Source: Propionibacterium freudenreichii subsp. freudenreichii
GTDB lineage: Bacteria; Actinomycetota; Actinomycetes; Propionibacteriales; Propionibacteriaceae
NCBI RefSeq assembly: GCF_000940845.1
Contig: NZ_CP010341.1
Coordinates: 1,050,001-1,082,000, forward strand
Direction: 5' to 3'
DNA length: 32,000 nt
Below the pieces are notes generated by a model. That model did no database searches. It saw nothing but the letters and a program-made list of their open reading frames with translations, and had not been told where the DNA came from. Each line of letters begins with the position of its first letter. Within the stretch, counting starts at the first letter, position 1. The translations under genes were made by a program, and so were the position numbers. This document shows, one piece after another, positions 10,211-20,428 of this stretch.

Positions 10211-12316
10211 GTGCCAGATTCCCAGTCCACCGCAAAGAAGTCAGCCCCGGGCAAGGCCGCGCAGGCCGGGCGTGAATACGAGGCCAAGAACCTGCTCGTG
10301 CTGGAGGGGCTCGAGGCCGTCCGCAAGCGTCCCGCGATGTACATCGGTTCGACCGACACCCGGGGGCTGATGCATTGCCTGTGGGAGATCATCGACAATG
10401 CGGTCGATGAGGCGCTGGCAGGCTTTGGGCGCCACATCGATGTGCGGCTCAACGCCGATGGCTCGATCCACGTGGCTGACGCGGGGCGCGGCATCCCGGT
10501 GGACATCGAGCCACGCACCCACCTCACCGGGGTCGAGGTGGTCTTCACCAAGCTGCACGCCGGTGGCAAGTTCGGTGCGGGCAGCTACACGGCCACCGGT
10601 GGCCTGCATGGCGTGGGAGCGTCGGTGGTCAATGCCCTGAGCTCCCGCCTGGACGTGGAGGTCGATCGCAACGGCCACACCTGGGCGATGAGCTTCCAAC
10701 GGGGCAAGCCGGGTGTCTTCGACGGGCCCGGGCCCTCGGCGGGGTTCACCCCCGGGTCCGGCCTGCGCAAGACGGGTAGGACTGCCAAGGGCGTGACGGG
10801 CACGCGGGTGACCTACTGGCCCGACCGCCAGATCTTCCTGAAGCAGGCCCAGCTGTCGGCCGAGCAGTTGCTCGATCGGGCCCGGCAGACCAGCTTCCTC
10901 GTGCCGGGGCTGCGCATCACGGTGAACGACGACCGCGGCGAGGAGCCCGTGGAGACCACCTTCCAGCATGAGGGCGGAATCAGCGAGTTCGTGGACTTCC
11001 TGTCCGTCGGCGAACCCATCACCGACGTCCTGCGGTTGCAGGGCAGCGACCACTTCGTGGAGACCGTCCCGGAGCTCGACGAGAACGGCGCGATGACCCC
11101 CACCGATGTCGACCGTCGCCTCGACGTGGATGTTGCCGTGCGCTGGTCGAACAACTTCGACACCGTCGAACGCTCCTTCGTGAACATCATCGCGACGCCC
11201 AAGGGCGGCACCCACGTCCAGGGCTTCGAGCGAGGCCTGGTGCGGGCCTTCGCCGCCGGACTGGAGGGAACCCGGCTGCTCAAGAGCGGCGAGGAGGTCA
11301 TCAAGGATGACGTACTCGAGGGGATGACCGCGGTGGTCACCGTGCGACTGCCCGAGCCCCAGTTCGAGGGCCAGACCAAGGAGGTGCTCGGCACCCCGCC
11401 GGTCACCCGATTGGTGGCCAGGATCGTCGAGTCCGAACTCACCGAGTTCCTGAAGTCCACCAAGGCCGCCACCCGGGCGCAGGCCCGGTTGGTGATGGAG
11501 AAGGCCGTCAACGCCTCGCGGACGCGTCTGGCCGCCAGGGCCCATCGGGAGAACCAGCGCCGCAAGAACGCGCTGGAATCATCGTCGATGCCCCCCAAGC
11601 TGAAGGATTGCCGCAATGCCGATGGGGAGCGCTCCGAGCTGTTCATCGTCGAGGGTGATTCCGCCCTGGGCACCGCGCTGCGGGCCCGCAATTCGGAGTT
11701 CCAGGCGCTGCTGCCGATCCGCGGCAAGATCCTCAACGTGCAGAAGGCCTCGGTTGGCGACATGCTCAAGAACGCCGAGTGTGCCTCGATCATCCAGGTG
11801 GTGGGGGCGGGGTCGGGCAAGACCTTCGACGTGGATCAGGCCCGCTACGGCAAGATCATCTTCATGGCCGACGCCGACTCCGACGGGGCCCATATCCGGT
11901 GCCTGCTGGCGACCTTGTTCTTCCGCTACATGCGGCCGATGGTGGAGGCGGGGAGGATATTCAGTGCCGTCCCGCCGCTGCACCGCTTCGAGCTGACGAA
12001 CCCGAAGAAGGGGATGGAGAAGTACATCTACACCTACTCCGATCCCGAATACCAGCGCAAGGCCGCCGAGCTGACCAAGAAGGGCATCCACTTCAAGGAG
12101 CCCCAGCGCTACAAGGGCCTCGGTGAGATGGATGCCGACCAGCTGGCCGACACCACCATGAATCCCCGCCACCGCCTGCTGCGGCGCATCACCGTGGACG
12201 ACGCGGCCGGTGCCGCCGATGTCTTCGAATTGCTCATGGGCAACAATGTCGCGCCCCGCAAGGAGTTCATCGTCGAGGGTGCCTATCAGCTCGACGAGGA
12301 CCGCATCGACGTGTGA
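10211..12316 (+). CDS. parE: type IIA topoisomerase subunit B (topoisomerase IV ParE-like / GyrB paralog)
   Basis: 701 aa with a GHKL ATPase domain (LEGLEAVRKRPAMYIGST, HCLWEIIDNAVDEA, GGLHGVGASVVNALS), a TOPRIM domain (ELFIVEGDSALGTA, IIFMADADSDGAHI) and the tail motif QRYKGLGEM. It is not in an oriC-type dnaA/gyrB context. I recall the sigA-linked position from the Streptomyces parE-like gene. Confidence 0.85.
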   Translation: MPDSQSTAKKSAPGKAAQAGREYEAKNLLVLEGLEAVRKRPAMYIGSTDTRGLMHCLWEIIDNAVDEALAGFGRHIDVRLNADGSIHVADAGRGIPVDIEPRTHLTGVEVVFTKLHAGGKFGAGSYTATGGLHGVGASVVNALSSRLDVEVDRNGHTWAMSFQRGKPGVFDGPGPSAGFTPGSGLRKTGRTAKGVTGTRVTYWPDRQIFLKQAQLSAEQLLDRARQTSFLVPGLRITVNDDRGEEPVETTFQHEGGISEFVDFLSVGEPITDVLRLQGSDHFVETVPELDENGAMTPTDVDRRLDVDVAVRWSNNFDTVERSFVNIIATPKGGTHVQGFERGLVRAFAAGLEGTRLLKSGEEVIKDDVLEGMTAVVTVRLPEPQFEGQTKEVLGTPPVTRLVARIVESELTEFLKSTKAATRAQARLVMEKAVNASRTRLAARAHRENQRRKNALESSSMPPKLKDCRNADGERSELFIVEGDSALGTALRARNSEFQALLPIRGKILNVQKASVGDMLKNAECASIIQVVGAGSGKTFDVDQARYGKIIFMADADSDGAHIRCLLATLFFRYMRPMVEAGRIFSAVPPLHRFELTNPKKGMEKYIYTYSDPEYQRKAAELTKKGIHFKEPQRYKGLGEMDADQLADTTMNPRHRLLRRITVDDAAGAADVFELLMGNNVAPRKEFIVEGAYQLDEDRIDV

Positions 12317-12340
12317 GCCGCCCGTGGTGGGCGCATCGGC

Positions 12341-13258
12341 CTATTGGGCGTCGTTACGCCGCAGCTTGAGCACCTCGTACATCAACTCGTGCAGGGGAGT
12401 GGGAACCCCGGCCTCGCGGCCGTAGCGCACGATGGCCCCGAGCTGGGGATCCAGCTCGCTGGGGCGTCCCGACATGATGTCGCGCTGCATCGAGGTGGTC
12501 GATGACGGCGGCTGGGCCTCGTCGAAGGCAACGGTGTCGGCGACGATCCCATAGGGCATGTCGACGCCTCGCGCCACGGCCACGTCACGGATCTCGGTGG
12601 TGGCGTCGATCAACACCCGACGCAGCCCCTGGCGGGACAACAACTCGCCCAGGGGGAGGCCCGTGATGGCCCCCAGACCTCCCGGCGGCACCACGAACAT
12701 GGACTTTGCCCACAACAGCTCCCAGACGTCGCGGGGCACGGGGGAGGCGATCCCGGCATCCTCGAAGGCCTTGCGCAGGGCGGTCACGCGTTCGGAGGGC
12801 TCATTGGTCCACTCGGCCACTTCGAGCGACCCGGGGCCGCCGCGGAATTCGGTGACGCCGGGCTCGCGGGCAGCCACATAGGCCTTCACGACCCCGGGGA
12901 TGGTGTGTTCGCGGCCGACGACACTGGCGGTCAGGCGCGGCCCGTCCACGCCGTTCTGGGTGGTGATCACCGCGGTGTCGGAGCCAATCAGGGCCCCGGC
13001 GGGTTCCAGTGCGTCGATCACCTGGGTGGCCTTCACCGCCGAGATCACGTAGTCGACATTGCCGATATTGGCGGCGTCGTCGGTGGCCTGCACCGTCACC
13101 GTGTCGCGACGCCCCTCGGTGATGATGCTCAGGCCCTTGTCGCGCAACGCCTGCAGGGTGGCACCCCGGGCGACGAAGGAAACGTCCTGGCCGGCGTCGA
13201 TGAGCCGTGCCCCGAAATAGCTGCCGACTGCGCCGGCGCCGATCACCGCGAATCTCAT
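12341..13258 (-). CDS. panE: 2-dehydropantoate 2-reductase (ketopantoate reductase, ApbA/PanE family)
   Basis: 305 aa starting MRFAVIGAGAVGSYFGARLIDAGQDVSFVARG (N-terminal Rossmann fold). The ApbA-type C-terminal domain has STTSMQRDIMSGRPSELD. Confidence 0.85.
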   Translation of the reverse strand: MRFAVIGAGAVGSYFGARLIDAGQDVSFVARGATLQALRDKGLSIITEGRRDTVTVQATDDAANIGNVDYVISAVKATQVIDALEPAGALIGSDTAVITTQNGVDGPRLTASVVGREHTIPGVVKAYVAAREPGVTEFRGGPGSLEVAEWTNEPSERVTALRKAFEDAGIASPVPRDVWELLWAKSMFVVPPGGLGAITGLPLGELLSRQGLRRVLIDATTEIRDVAVARGVDMPYGIVADTVAFDEAQPPSSTTSMQRDIMSGRPSELDPQLGAIVRYGREAGVPTPLHELMYEVLKLRRNDAQ

Positions 13259-13362
13259 GGCCTCAGCCTCTCACAGCGGCCACCGTCCCGGGCGCCGCCG
13301 GCCCCGGCAGGCCGTGGGCCGGCGGCAGTGCCCCACGCGCTGGCCCGTCGCCGCGGGGGTCC

Positions 13363-15825
13363 TCAGTGCGGCATGGTGCGGGAGCTCACCGCGGTGATCG
13401 GCCAGGTCGCCGGGGTTCCGGAACCATCACGCTTGCCGGTCGCGGGCGGGAGGTCCACCGGCGAACCGTCAGCACCGGCGGCGATCACCGGCTGTGGTCC
13501 GACCCAGGCCAACAGGAGCCCGTCCTCGCCCTTCAGGAAGCGGTGGCAGCGCACCCCGCCGGTGGCCCGGCCCTTGGGTGGGTACTCCTCGAACGGCGTC
13601 ACCTTGACGCTTCCGGTCTGGGCTCCGGGCAGCATGCTCGACGCCCCCGACAGGGTCACCACCACGGCATCGGTGGCGGGGCTCACGCCGAACCACACCA
13701 CGGAGGAACCCCCGGTGAGGCGCACGCCGGCCACGCCCCCGCCGCTGCGGCCCTGGGGACGCACCACATCTGCGGCGAAGTGCAGCAGCTGGGCATCACT
13801 GGTGACGAAGACGAGCTCATCGGACGGGTCAGTCAATTCGACGCCACCCACGACCTCGTCGTTGTCCTCAAGGCGGATGACATCCCACTCGTCCTTGCTG
13901 AGGACCTCCGGGTTGACCCGCTTGACGACCCCGCGACGCGTGCCCAGGGCCAGGCCCGCGGAATCCTCGGCCAGGGTGGTCAGCCCCACGGCCCGCTCCG
14001 CGTCGGTGAGCACCAGCAGGTCCTCGACGCGTGATCCGCCCCGCAGGCTCGGTGCGTTCGCGGTGCCCACGACCTCCGGCAGGTCGATCGCCTCGGCCTT
14101 CACCAGCCGTCCGTGGGAGGTGAGCACACCGAACTGGGCGTGCGCGGTCACGGCAATCGCCGCAACGACCACATCATGGCGGCCCCGGGGACCGCTTGTG
14201 GGCAGGTGCCCGGGATCGTCCCCGTCCGCGGGGCGCGTCATGCGGGCCATCAATCCGGTGGAGCTCATCATCACCCAACAGGGGTCGTCGGGGATCTCCA
14301 GGGGCTGGGCGGGCAGGGCCGCCGCGGCCCCGGACCCCTCGAGCAGCACGGTGCGTCGTGGGCTGCCGTAGGTGGCGGCCATCTCACTGAGCTGGGAGGC
14401 GACGGTGTCACGCTGCAGGTCGGGATCGTCGATCAGCTCGGTGAGCTCGGTGATGCGCCGGCGCAGCTCGTCGCGTTCGGTCTCGAGCTCGATGCGGGAC
14501 AGCTTCGTCAGGCGTCGCAGCTGCATGTCAAGGATGTAGTTGGCCTGGATCTCGTCCAGCTCAAAGGTCTCCATGAGGCGCTGGCGGGCCTCGGGGACAT
14601 CGTCGGATGACCGGATGATCGCGATCACGTCGTCAATGTCGATCATGGCCAGCAGGAGGCCCTCGACCAGGTGCAGGCGGTCCTGGGCCTTGCCGAGCTG
14701 GAACTTGGCGCGCCTCAGGATCACCTCCAGGCGGTGGTCCAGGTAGACCTGCAGCATTTCCTTGAGCGTCATCGTGCGCGGCTGGCCATCCACCAGGGCC
14801 ACCGCATTGATACCGAAGGAGTCCTCGAGCTTGGTGTGCTTGTACAGCTGGGCAAGCAGGGCCTCGGGATTGATGCCGTTCTTCACCTCGATCACCAGGC
14901 GGAGGCCATGGGTGAGGTCCGTGAGGTCCTTGACGTCGGAGATGCCGGTGATCTTCTTCGAACGCACCAGCACCTTGATCTGGTCGATGATCTTCTCGGG
15001 GCCCACCGCGAAGGGCAGCTCGGTGATCACGATGCCCCGACGTCGGGGGCTCACCTGTTCGATCCGGGCCGTCGCGCGGGTGCGGAAGATGCCGCGCCCG
15101 GTCGCATAGGCGGCGCGGATGCCGTCCAGCCCGACGATCTTGCCACCGGTCGGCAGGTCGGGCCCCGGCACATAGCGCATCAGCTCATCGACCTCGGCGT
15201 CCGGGTTCTTGAGCAGGTACTTCAATGCCGCCACGACCTCGCCCAGGTTGTGCGAGGGAATATTGGTGGCCATGCCGACGGCGATGCCGGTGGCGCCGTT
15301 GACCAGGAGGTTCGGGAAGGCCGCCGGCAGCACCGCGGGCTCGAGTTGCTTGCCGTCATAGTTGGGGCGGAAGTCGACGGTGTCCTCGTGCAGGCCGTCG
15401 AGCATCGGCATGGCCGCGGGGGCCAACCGGCATTCGGTGTAGCGCATGGCCGCGGGGCCGGCATCGAGGGATCCGAAGTTGCCATGCCCATCGACCAGCT
15501 TCAGCCGCATCGACCAGTCCTGGCCCATGCGCACCAGGGCGTCATAGATCGCCGAATCGCCGTGGGGGTGCAGCTTTCCCATCACATCGCCCACCACGCG
15601 TGCGCACTTGACGAACGGATGGTCGGGGGACAGGCGCTGCTCGCTCATGCCGTAGAGGATGCGACGCTGCACCGGCTTGAGGCCGTCGCGCGCATCGGGT
15701 AGTGCCCGGGCATAGATCACCGAATAGGCGTACTCGAGATACGACGTCTGCATCTCCGACGAGACGTCGACGTCGACGATGCGCTCCTCGAAGTCGTCGG
15801 CGGGCGGCGTCTTTGTGCGTGCCAT
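13363..15825 (-). CDS. parC: type IIA topoisomerase subunit A (topoisomerase IV ParC-like / GyrA paralog)
   Basis: 820 aa. It has [45 protein letters not shown], and the catalytic Tyr context [10 protein letters not shown]. The C-terminal beta-pinwheel-like region is Gly-rich. Confidence 0.85.
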   Translation of the reverse strand: MARTKTPPADDFEERIVDVDVSSEMQTSYLEYAYSVIYARALPDARDGLKPVQRRILYGMSEQRLSPDHPFVKCARVVGDVMGKLHPHGDSAIYDALVRMGQDWSMRLKLVDGHGNFGSLDAGPAAMRYTECRLAPAAMPMLDGLHEDTVDFRPNYDGKQLEPAVLPAAFPNLLVNGATGIAVGMATNIPSHNLGEVVAALKYLLKNPDAEVDELMRYVPGPDLPTGGKIVGLDGIRAAYATGRGIFRTRATARIEQVSPRRRGIVITELPFAVGPEKIIDQIKVLVRSKKITGISDVKDLTDLTHGLRLVIEVKNGINPEALLAQLYKHTKLEDSFGINAVALVDGQPRTMTLKEMLQVYLDHRLEVILRRAKFQLGKAQDRLHLVEGLLLAMIDIDDVIAIIRSSDDVPEARQRLMETFELDEIQANYILDMQLRRLTKLSRIELETERDELRRRITELTELIDDPDLQRDTVASQLSEMAATYGSPRRTVLLEGSGAAAALPAQPLEIPDDPCWVMMSSTGLMARMTRPADGDDPGHLPTSGPRGRHDVVVAAIAVTAHAQFGVLTSHGRLVKAEAIDLPEVVGTANAPSLRGGSRVEDLLVLTDAERAVGLTTLAEDSAGLALGTRRGVVKRVNPEVLSKDEWDVIRLEDNDEVVGGVELTDPSDELVFVTSDAQLLHFAADVVRPQGRSGGGVAGVRLTGGSSVVWFGVSPATDAVVVTLSGASSMLPGAQTGSVKVTPFEEYPPKGRATGGVRCHRFLKGEDGLLLAWVGPQPVIAAGADGSPVDLPPATGKRDGSGTPATWPITAVSSRTMPH

Positions 15826-15950
15826 CTGTGCAAGAACTCCTGACTACTGACCGCTGGGAAGTCCGCGGCCTGGGCGTGCCCCGCGAGAATAGTCCACGTC
15901 ACGGACATGGCCCGGCGTCGGCGTCGCGGTGGATGTCGATCCCGGGTGGG

Positions 15951-17036
15951 TCAGTGTCCGGGATCGGTTGGCTGGTCGGGGCCGGTGGCGCGGTGCTGCT
16001 GCTCACGCAGCACCGCGAGCAGCACCGGGGCAAGGGCCTGGCCATCGGCTCCGAGGACCTCGGGGACGCGGCGCCGACCGCGTCGCGACGAGCGCGTGTC
16101 GAGCCCTCCCACGGTGCCGTGCGCCAGCACCTGCTCGGTGGGCGACAGGGTGCGGATCGCGATGGCCCGCACGCGGGACCCACGCACTGCGGCGAACTCG
16201 CGGTACAGGGCCTGATCGTGTTGGCCGTTGTCGCCGACCAGGACCCATCGGATGTGCGGGAAGGCGTGGGCGAGCTGGACGAGGGCGGCGCGCTTGTGGG
16301 CACAACCCGAGCGCAACCACCGGGTGGTGGTCGGGCCGAGGTCGGTCAGCAGCATCGGGCCCGGGGGGAATCCGTGGCGGTCCATGAAACGCGTCAGGAA
16401 GGGCAGGGCGGTCCACGGCCCGGTGGACACGTAGACCACCGGTGCGTCCGGGCGACCAGCAAGCAGCTGTCGGTACATACGGGCCATGCCCGGCACGGCC
16501 TGGCGATTGACCTCAGGTTGGATGAAGCTGTTCCAGGCCGCGACCAGTGGACGCGGCAGGGACGTGGAGATGATGGTGTCGTCGATGTCGGAGATGATGC
16601 CGAAGTCCTGGTCGTCGCCGATGACCTGCACCGGCGCCCCGACCTGTTCCGCGCCCGGGCTGTCCAGGCGCACCTGGTGCCAGCCCGCCGCGAGCCCGGA
16701 CGTGTTAATGGTCGTGTCCAGGTGGCCACGACGATCCGTGGTGAAGCGGTGGGCCCTGCCCGAGATGGTGACGCTGATGACGCCATTCGGCACCGGAACG
16801 GTGAAGAAATTGCGCCAACCCCGTCGGTTCAGCCACAGCGGGGAACCGATGGGCCACGCCCGATGGCGTCGCGCCGGCCCCAGGACGAGTTGGCCCAGGA
16901 CCCGGACGCGCGACGGCGTGCCAAGGCCGGTGAACGGCACGATCCGTGGTCGCCAACCGGCACGCCTCAACGCCGAGCCCAGGTGACGCGTGACGAAATC
17001 GTCCAGTCGCGCACCGAAAAAGGGACGACGCTTCAT
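15951..17036 (-). CDS. App1-family (DUF2183) phosphatase, putative lipid/phosphatidate phosphatase
   Basis: ATG at 17036 gives 361 aa starting MKRRPFFGARLDDFVTRHLG. A HAD-like DxDxT motif is present in FGIISDIDDTII, followed by VYVSTGPW, GPMLLTD and VLVGDNGQHD. The track ORF's extension to 17387 overlaps the divergent neighbour and is unlikely to be real. Confidence 0.65.
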   Translation of the reverse strand: MKRRPFFGARLDDFVTRHLGSALRRAGWRPRIVPFTGLGTPSRVRVLGQLVLGPARRHRAWPIGSPLWLNRRGWRNFFTVPVPNGVISVTISGRAHRFTTDRRGHLDTTINTSGLAAGWHQVRLDSPGAEQVGAPVQVIGDDQDFGIISDIDDTIISTSLPRPLVAAWNSFIQPEVNRQAVPGMARMYRQLLAGRPDAPVVYVSTGPWTALPFLTRFMDRHGFPPGPMLLTDLGPTTTRWLRSGCAHKRAALVQLAHAFPHIRWVLVGDNGQHDQALYREFAAVRGSRVRAIAIRTLSPTEQVLAHGTVGGLDTRSSRRGRRRVPEVLGADGQALAPVLLAVLREQQHRATGPDQPTDPGH

Positions 17037-17091
17037 ACGCCCAACACTAGTGGGCGTGCCCCGACGGGCCCGTTGGTGGCAGGATGAGCGG

Positions 17092-17685
17092 GTGATCACC
17101 GGCTCCGCCCATACCCTTCCGACGGCCCTGCGCGCCCAGATCGCCGATTGCGGGTTCTTCCCCCAGTTCGTCAGCGATTCCGTGTCCATGGCGCTGGGTG
17201 ACGAGCCCCTCGTCGACCACCTCGTGCAGCAGGAGGCCACCGTCGGACCGGAGGGAATCATCCGCCACCTGACCGTGCTCGTCCTGACGGCGGCACGCCT
17301 CGTGGTGGCCCACACCGACGAGAACTCCGATGAGCATGATCGACCCACGGCGGTGACCACCACGGAGTCCGTGCCACTGTGGCGCATGGGGGCCGTCTCC
17401 CTGTCGCGCGTCGTGAGCCACCCGGAGGACTACGGCGAGGCGAACTCGCAGGTCGTGGAGACCTGGCTGTCGCTGTCCTGGGACACCATGCATCGCCTGG
17501 AAGTGGTTCCGGTCCACTGTGTCGACCCGGAATGCCGGGCCGATCACGGTTTCAACGGCGAAATGGTGTCGGAGGACATCACCCTGCGCATGAGCCCGGC
17601 CGCCGATGGGCAGGCCAACGTGGATCACCTCGTGAACTTTGCGACCCGCCTGCAGCGCATGGTCGCGGCCGCCGGGCGGGGCTGA
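17092..17685 (+). CDS. conserved actinobacterial protein, DUF5998-like
   Basis: GTG at 17092 is my preferred start; the track ORF begins at 16990 but would overlap the divergent App1-like gene. The body (LPTALRAQIADCGFFPQFVSDSV..., HLTVLVLTAARLVVAHTDE) matches my recollection of DUF5998. The start choice is uncertain. Confidence 0.6.
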   Translation: MITGSAHTLPTALRAQIADCGFFPQFVSDSVSMALGDEPLVDHLVQQEATVGPEGIIRHLTVLVLTAARLVVAHTDENSDEHDRPTAVTTTESVPLWRMGAVSLSRVVSHPEDYGEANSQVVETWLSLSWDTMHRLEVVPVHCVDPECRADHGFNGEMVSEDITLRMSPAADGQANVDHLVNFATRLQRMVAAAGRG

Positions 17686-17688
17686 GCC

Positions 17689-18840
17689 GTGAGTGGCTAT
17701 CCGCTTCCCGAGCCGCCCTCGTACGGTCGTGCGACCCTGGCCGAGCTCCTACCGGCCGTGGCCCATCACCTCGCGGGGGACAGGCTGGAGGCCAGCGACC
17801 CCTTCGGCCTTCCGCCAGCGCGCGCCTATGTGCTCCTGCTCGTCGACGGCCTGGGCTGGCGCCAGCTCAATCGCCATCTGTCGTCGCTCGCCTATTTCCC
17901 CTATCTGATCGGCGACGGCCGACCGATCAGCGCTGCGGTTCCGTCCACGACCGCTGTCTCCCTGACGACGCTGGGCACCGGACTCCCGCCGGGGGAGCAC
18001 GGCATCGTCGGGTACTCATTCCGCTCCGCGCCCGGGCAGGGGGTGCTCAACGCATTGCAGTGGGGTTCCGATGATCCGGTGCCCGAGGAATTCCAGCCCC
18101 ATCCGACGTGGTTCGAGCGGCTCAACGACGTGGGGGTGCGGGCGAGCAGCGTGGGACGCGCCCTGTTCGCCGACAGCGGCCTGACCCGTGCCGGATTGCG
18201 CGGCGCCCACTATGTCGCGATCCCCGACCATGCGGGGGCTCGTGAGCGCATCGATCGGGTGCTGGCGGCCACGAGCGGGCCGGGCCCGGCGTTCGTCTAC
18301 CTGTATGAGGGCGACCTTGACCACACGGGCCACGGCCATGGGGTGGATTCACCCGCCTGGCGGGGAGTGCTGGAGCGCATCGACGCAGACCTGTCCGCGC
18401 TGCGCGACGCCCTGCCCGCCGACACCTGCGTGCTGGTGACCGGTGACCACGGGATGGTGGATGTGCCGGCGCGCGACCACATCATCATCGAGGACGACGA
18501 GCGGCTCGCGACAGGCATCGACATGATCGCCGGTGAGGGACGCTTCCGACAGCTCTACAGCGCCGAGCCCGCGGCGGTGGTCGAGCGTTGGCGTGCGGTG
18601 TTGGGCGAGCGCGCCTGGGTCTGCACCCGCGAGGAGGGCATCGCGGCCGGTTGGTTCGGTCCCGAGGTGACCGAACGCGTGCGGGGTCGCCTGGGCGATG
18701 TCCTGGTGGCCATGCGGGCCGGCGGTGCCGTGATGACGCGCACGCACCCGGGGGAACTTGGCCTGGTGGGCCAGCACGGCTCGCTGACATCCGAGGAGAT
18801 GCAGGTGCCACTGCTCATCGATGAGGGCTGGGACAGCTGA
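17689..18840 (+). CDS. alkaline-phosphatase-superfamily protein (nucleotide pyrophosphatase/phosphodiesterase type)
   Basis: 383 aa. GTG at 17689 lies 3 nt after the stop of the upstream gene. Metal- and nucleophile-site motifs are present: LLLVDGLGWRQL, PSTTAVSLTTLGTGLPPGEHG, DLDHTGHGHG, VTGDHGMVD. Confidence 0.8.
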   Translation: MSGYPLPEPPSYGRATLAELLPAVAHHLAGDRLEASDPFGLPPARAYVLLLVDGLGWRQLNRHLSSLAYFPYLIGDGRPISAAVPSTTAVSLTTLGTGLPPGEHGIVGYSFRSAPGQGVLNALQWGSDDPVPEEFQPHPTWFERLNDVGVRASSVGRALFADSGLTRAGLRGAHYVAIPDHAGARERIDRVLAATSGPGPAFVYLYEGDLDHTGHGHGVDSPAWRGVLERIDADLSALRDALPADTCVLVTGDHGMVDVPARDHIIIEDDERLATGIDMIAGEGRFRQLYSAEPAAVVERWRAVLGERAWVCTREEGIAAGWFGPEVTERVRGRLGDVLVAMRAGGAVMTRTHPGELGLVGQHGSLTSEEMQVPLLIDEGWDS

Positions 18841-18942
18841 CCTGACGGGTCGGCCGGAGGGCGCGACCTGCAGCCGACCGCCCCGGCACTTGCGCGGCCG
18901 GTGGGCTGCAAGGACTGGGGACCAGGACTGGCGATGGTGCGG

Positions 18943-20253
18943 TCAGTCCTTGTCGGGGCGGCGCTCCCCGAACATGATCTCGTCCCAGCTCGGAACGGTG
19001 GCGCGGTGGCTCTTGCGTCGCTTGGTGGGCTTCTTGGCCGGCTGCGTCGCCGACCCATCGCCGGCGACCAGGGGTTCCTGCCCGCTGGCGGAGTCCTGAT
19101 GCGCAGCAGCCGGGCGGGGCTTGGCCGGGGCCTTGTCGGGCTCCTTGGCCTTGTCTGCCGATGACCTGCCCCCGGGCCCCTTGGAGGGTGCCTGATCGGC
19201 TGACGACGGGTGTGACGCCGGCTTGGCTGCCGACGTGGACGTGGCCGCAGAGGAACGGTCGGCGCCGGAGGCGGTACGGCGCTTGCGCGTCGCCCGGGGC
19301 TTCGTCGGCGCGGAGGCGGGGGTGGCGGCCCGGGGCTCATCGGGTGATTCGCGGTGCTGCAGCGCCGCATCGAGGGCGGGCGTCGAGTCGTCGCCCGCGG
19401 CGTCCGCCGCGTCGGAGGGCCGGCCGCCCCTCGAGGCCTCCTCACCGGTGTGCACGGCCTCATCGGTGTCCGCGGCGCCGTCACCCAGGCTCACCGGTCG
19501 ACCCAAGCCCTCATAGACGTGTACGGAATCCTCGTCGAAGCCCGCGAGCATGTCATAGAGGACGTCCATGTCGGAGGTGGGATTCGGCACGATGTCGTAG
19601 ACGCCGTCCACCTCGCGCAGGCCGTCCTGATCGGTGCCGCTACCCGTTGAGGTGGCGTCGTTGGAGGCGGCCGCTGCGTAGAGCTCCTGGAGGGCACTGC
19701 CGTCGCCGATCACCGGCGTCTCGTCGTCCTGGACGGCCCGCACGATGGCCAGTTCGTCATTCAGGTCGATGGTCGGTTCGGCATCAGGGTTCTGGGTGCG
19801 GGTGACGGGACTCTCCCCGCGATGCGGGGGCTGGTCGTCGATGAGCCATCGCGCGTCGGCGTTCTCGGCAGTCACGAAGCGACCGCGCGGATCGAAGTCG
19901 AACAGCGCCTGGTGGTCGGTCTCGTCCAGGCGGTAGGAGATCCGGATCGTCCAGTGGCGGTCGGCCTGGTCCTCCCGGCGGAAGGCGCCCCACAGGATGG
20001 ATCCGTCAGGGACCCCCTCGCGGCGCAGCTTGGTGTTGATGAACTGCTCGAGTGGCTGGGGGGTGGGGCCGGAATCGCGACGGGCCTGGGCCACGCGTGC
20101 CAGCTCGCTCATGTGATCGCGCTCGGCCAGCACCGGCTCGGCAAAGCCGTCGAGTTCGTCGACACTCACCCCGGCAGCACGGGCCACATCCTCCACAGAT
20201 TCCCCTGCGCGAATGCGGGACTGGATCTCCCGCGGCGTCAAGGCGCTGTTCAT
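18943..20253 (-). CDS. sepH: septation protein SepH (DUF3071) with long disordered C-terminal half
   Basis: ATG at 20253 is preceded by AGGAG. The N-terminus is MNSALTPREIQSRIRAGESVEDVARAAGVSVDELDGFAEPVLAERDHMSE, followed by WTIRISYR...FDFDPRGRF. The tail is P/A/S/K-rich and ends in the conserved SWDEIMFG motif. Confidence 0.8.
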   Translation of the reverse strand: MNSALTPREIQSRIRAGESVEDVARAAGVSVDELDGFAEPVLAERDHMSELARVAQARRDSGPTPQPLEQFINTKLRREGVPDGSILWGAFRREDQADRHWTIRISYRLDETDHQALFDFDPRGRFVTAENADARWLIDDQPPHRGESPVTRTQNPDAEPTIDLNDELAIVRAVQDDETPVIGDGSALQELYAAAASNDATSTGSGTDQDGLREVDGVYDIVPNPTSDMDVLYDMLAGFDEDSVHVYEGLGRPVSLGDGAADTDEAVHTGEEASRGGRPSDAADAAGDDSTPALDAALQHRESPDEPRAATPASAPTKPRATRKRRTASGADRSSAATSTSAAKPASHPSSADQAPSKGPGGRSSADKAKEPDKAPAKPRPAAAHQDSASGQEPLVAGDGSATQPAKKPTKRRKSHRATVPSWDEIMFGERRPDKD

Positions 20254-20391
20254 ATGGTGTCTCCTGCGTGGTGCTGCGGAAATGCGGCCGTCGGCACGTT
20301 CATGTGGTCGTCGATTTGCGTGGCGACGAATACTGGACCAAACCTACCGCGAGCAGGCTGTTCGGGGTCGCGGCACCTGAACCACTGGTAT

Positions 20392-20428
20392 AGGGTCCGG
20401 GACCCGCCCGCGGGCGGCGAAGGACCCT
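20392..20428. promoter_or_regulatory. nested palindromes in sepH/DUF4193 divergent intergenic region
   Basis: Three elements: GGGTCC-G-GGACCC (20393-20405); the perfect 14-bp palindrome CCGCCCGCGGGCGG (20404-20417); and an outer pair, AGGGTCC (20392-20398) with GGACCCT (20422-20428). The GGGTCC arm can therefore pair with either of two GGACCC copies. Confidence 0.4.

Noticed and set aside
18555-19484. A 309-aa Pro/Arg-rich minus-strand ORF overlapping sepH in another frame.
   Set aside because: It is an alternative frame of the low-complexity sepH tail. It has no start-site support, and its composition is that of an out-of-frame GC-rich sequence.
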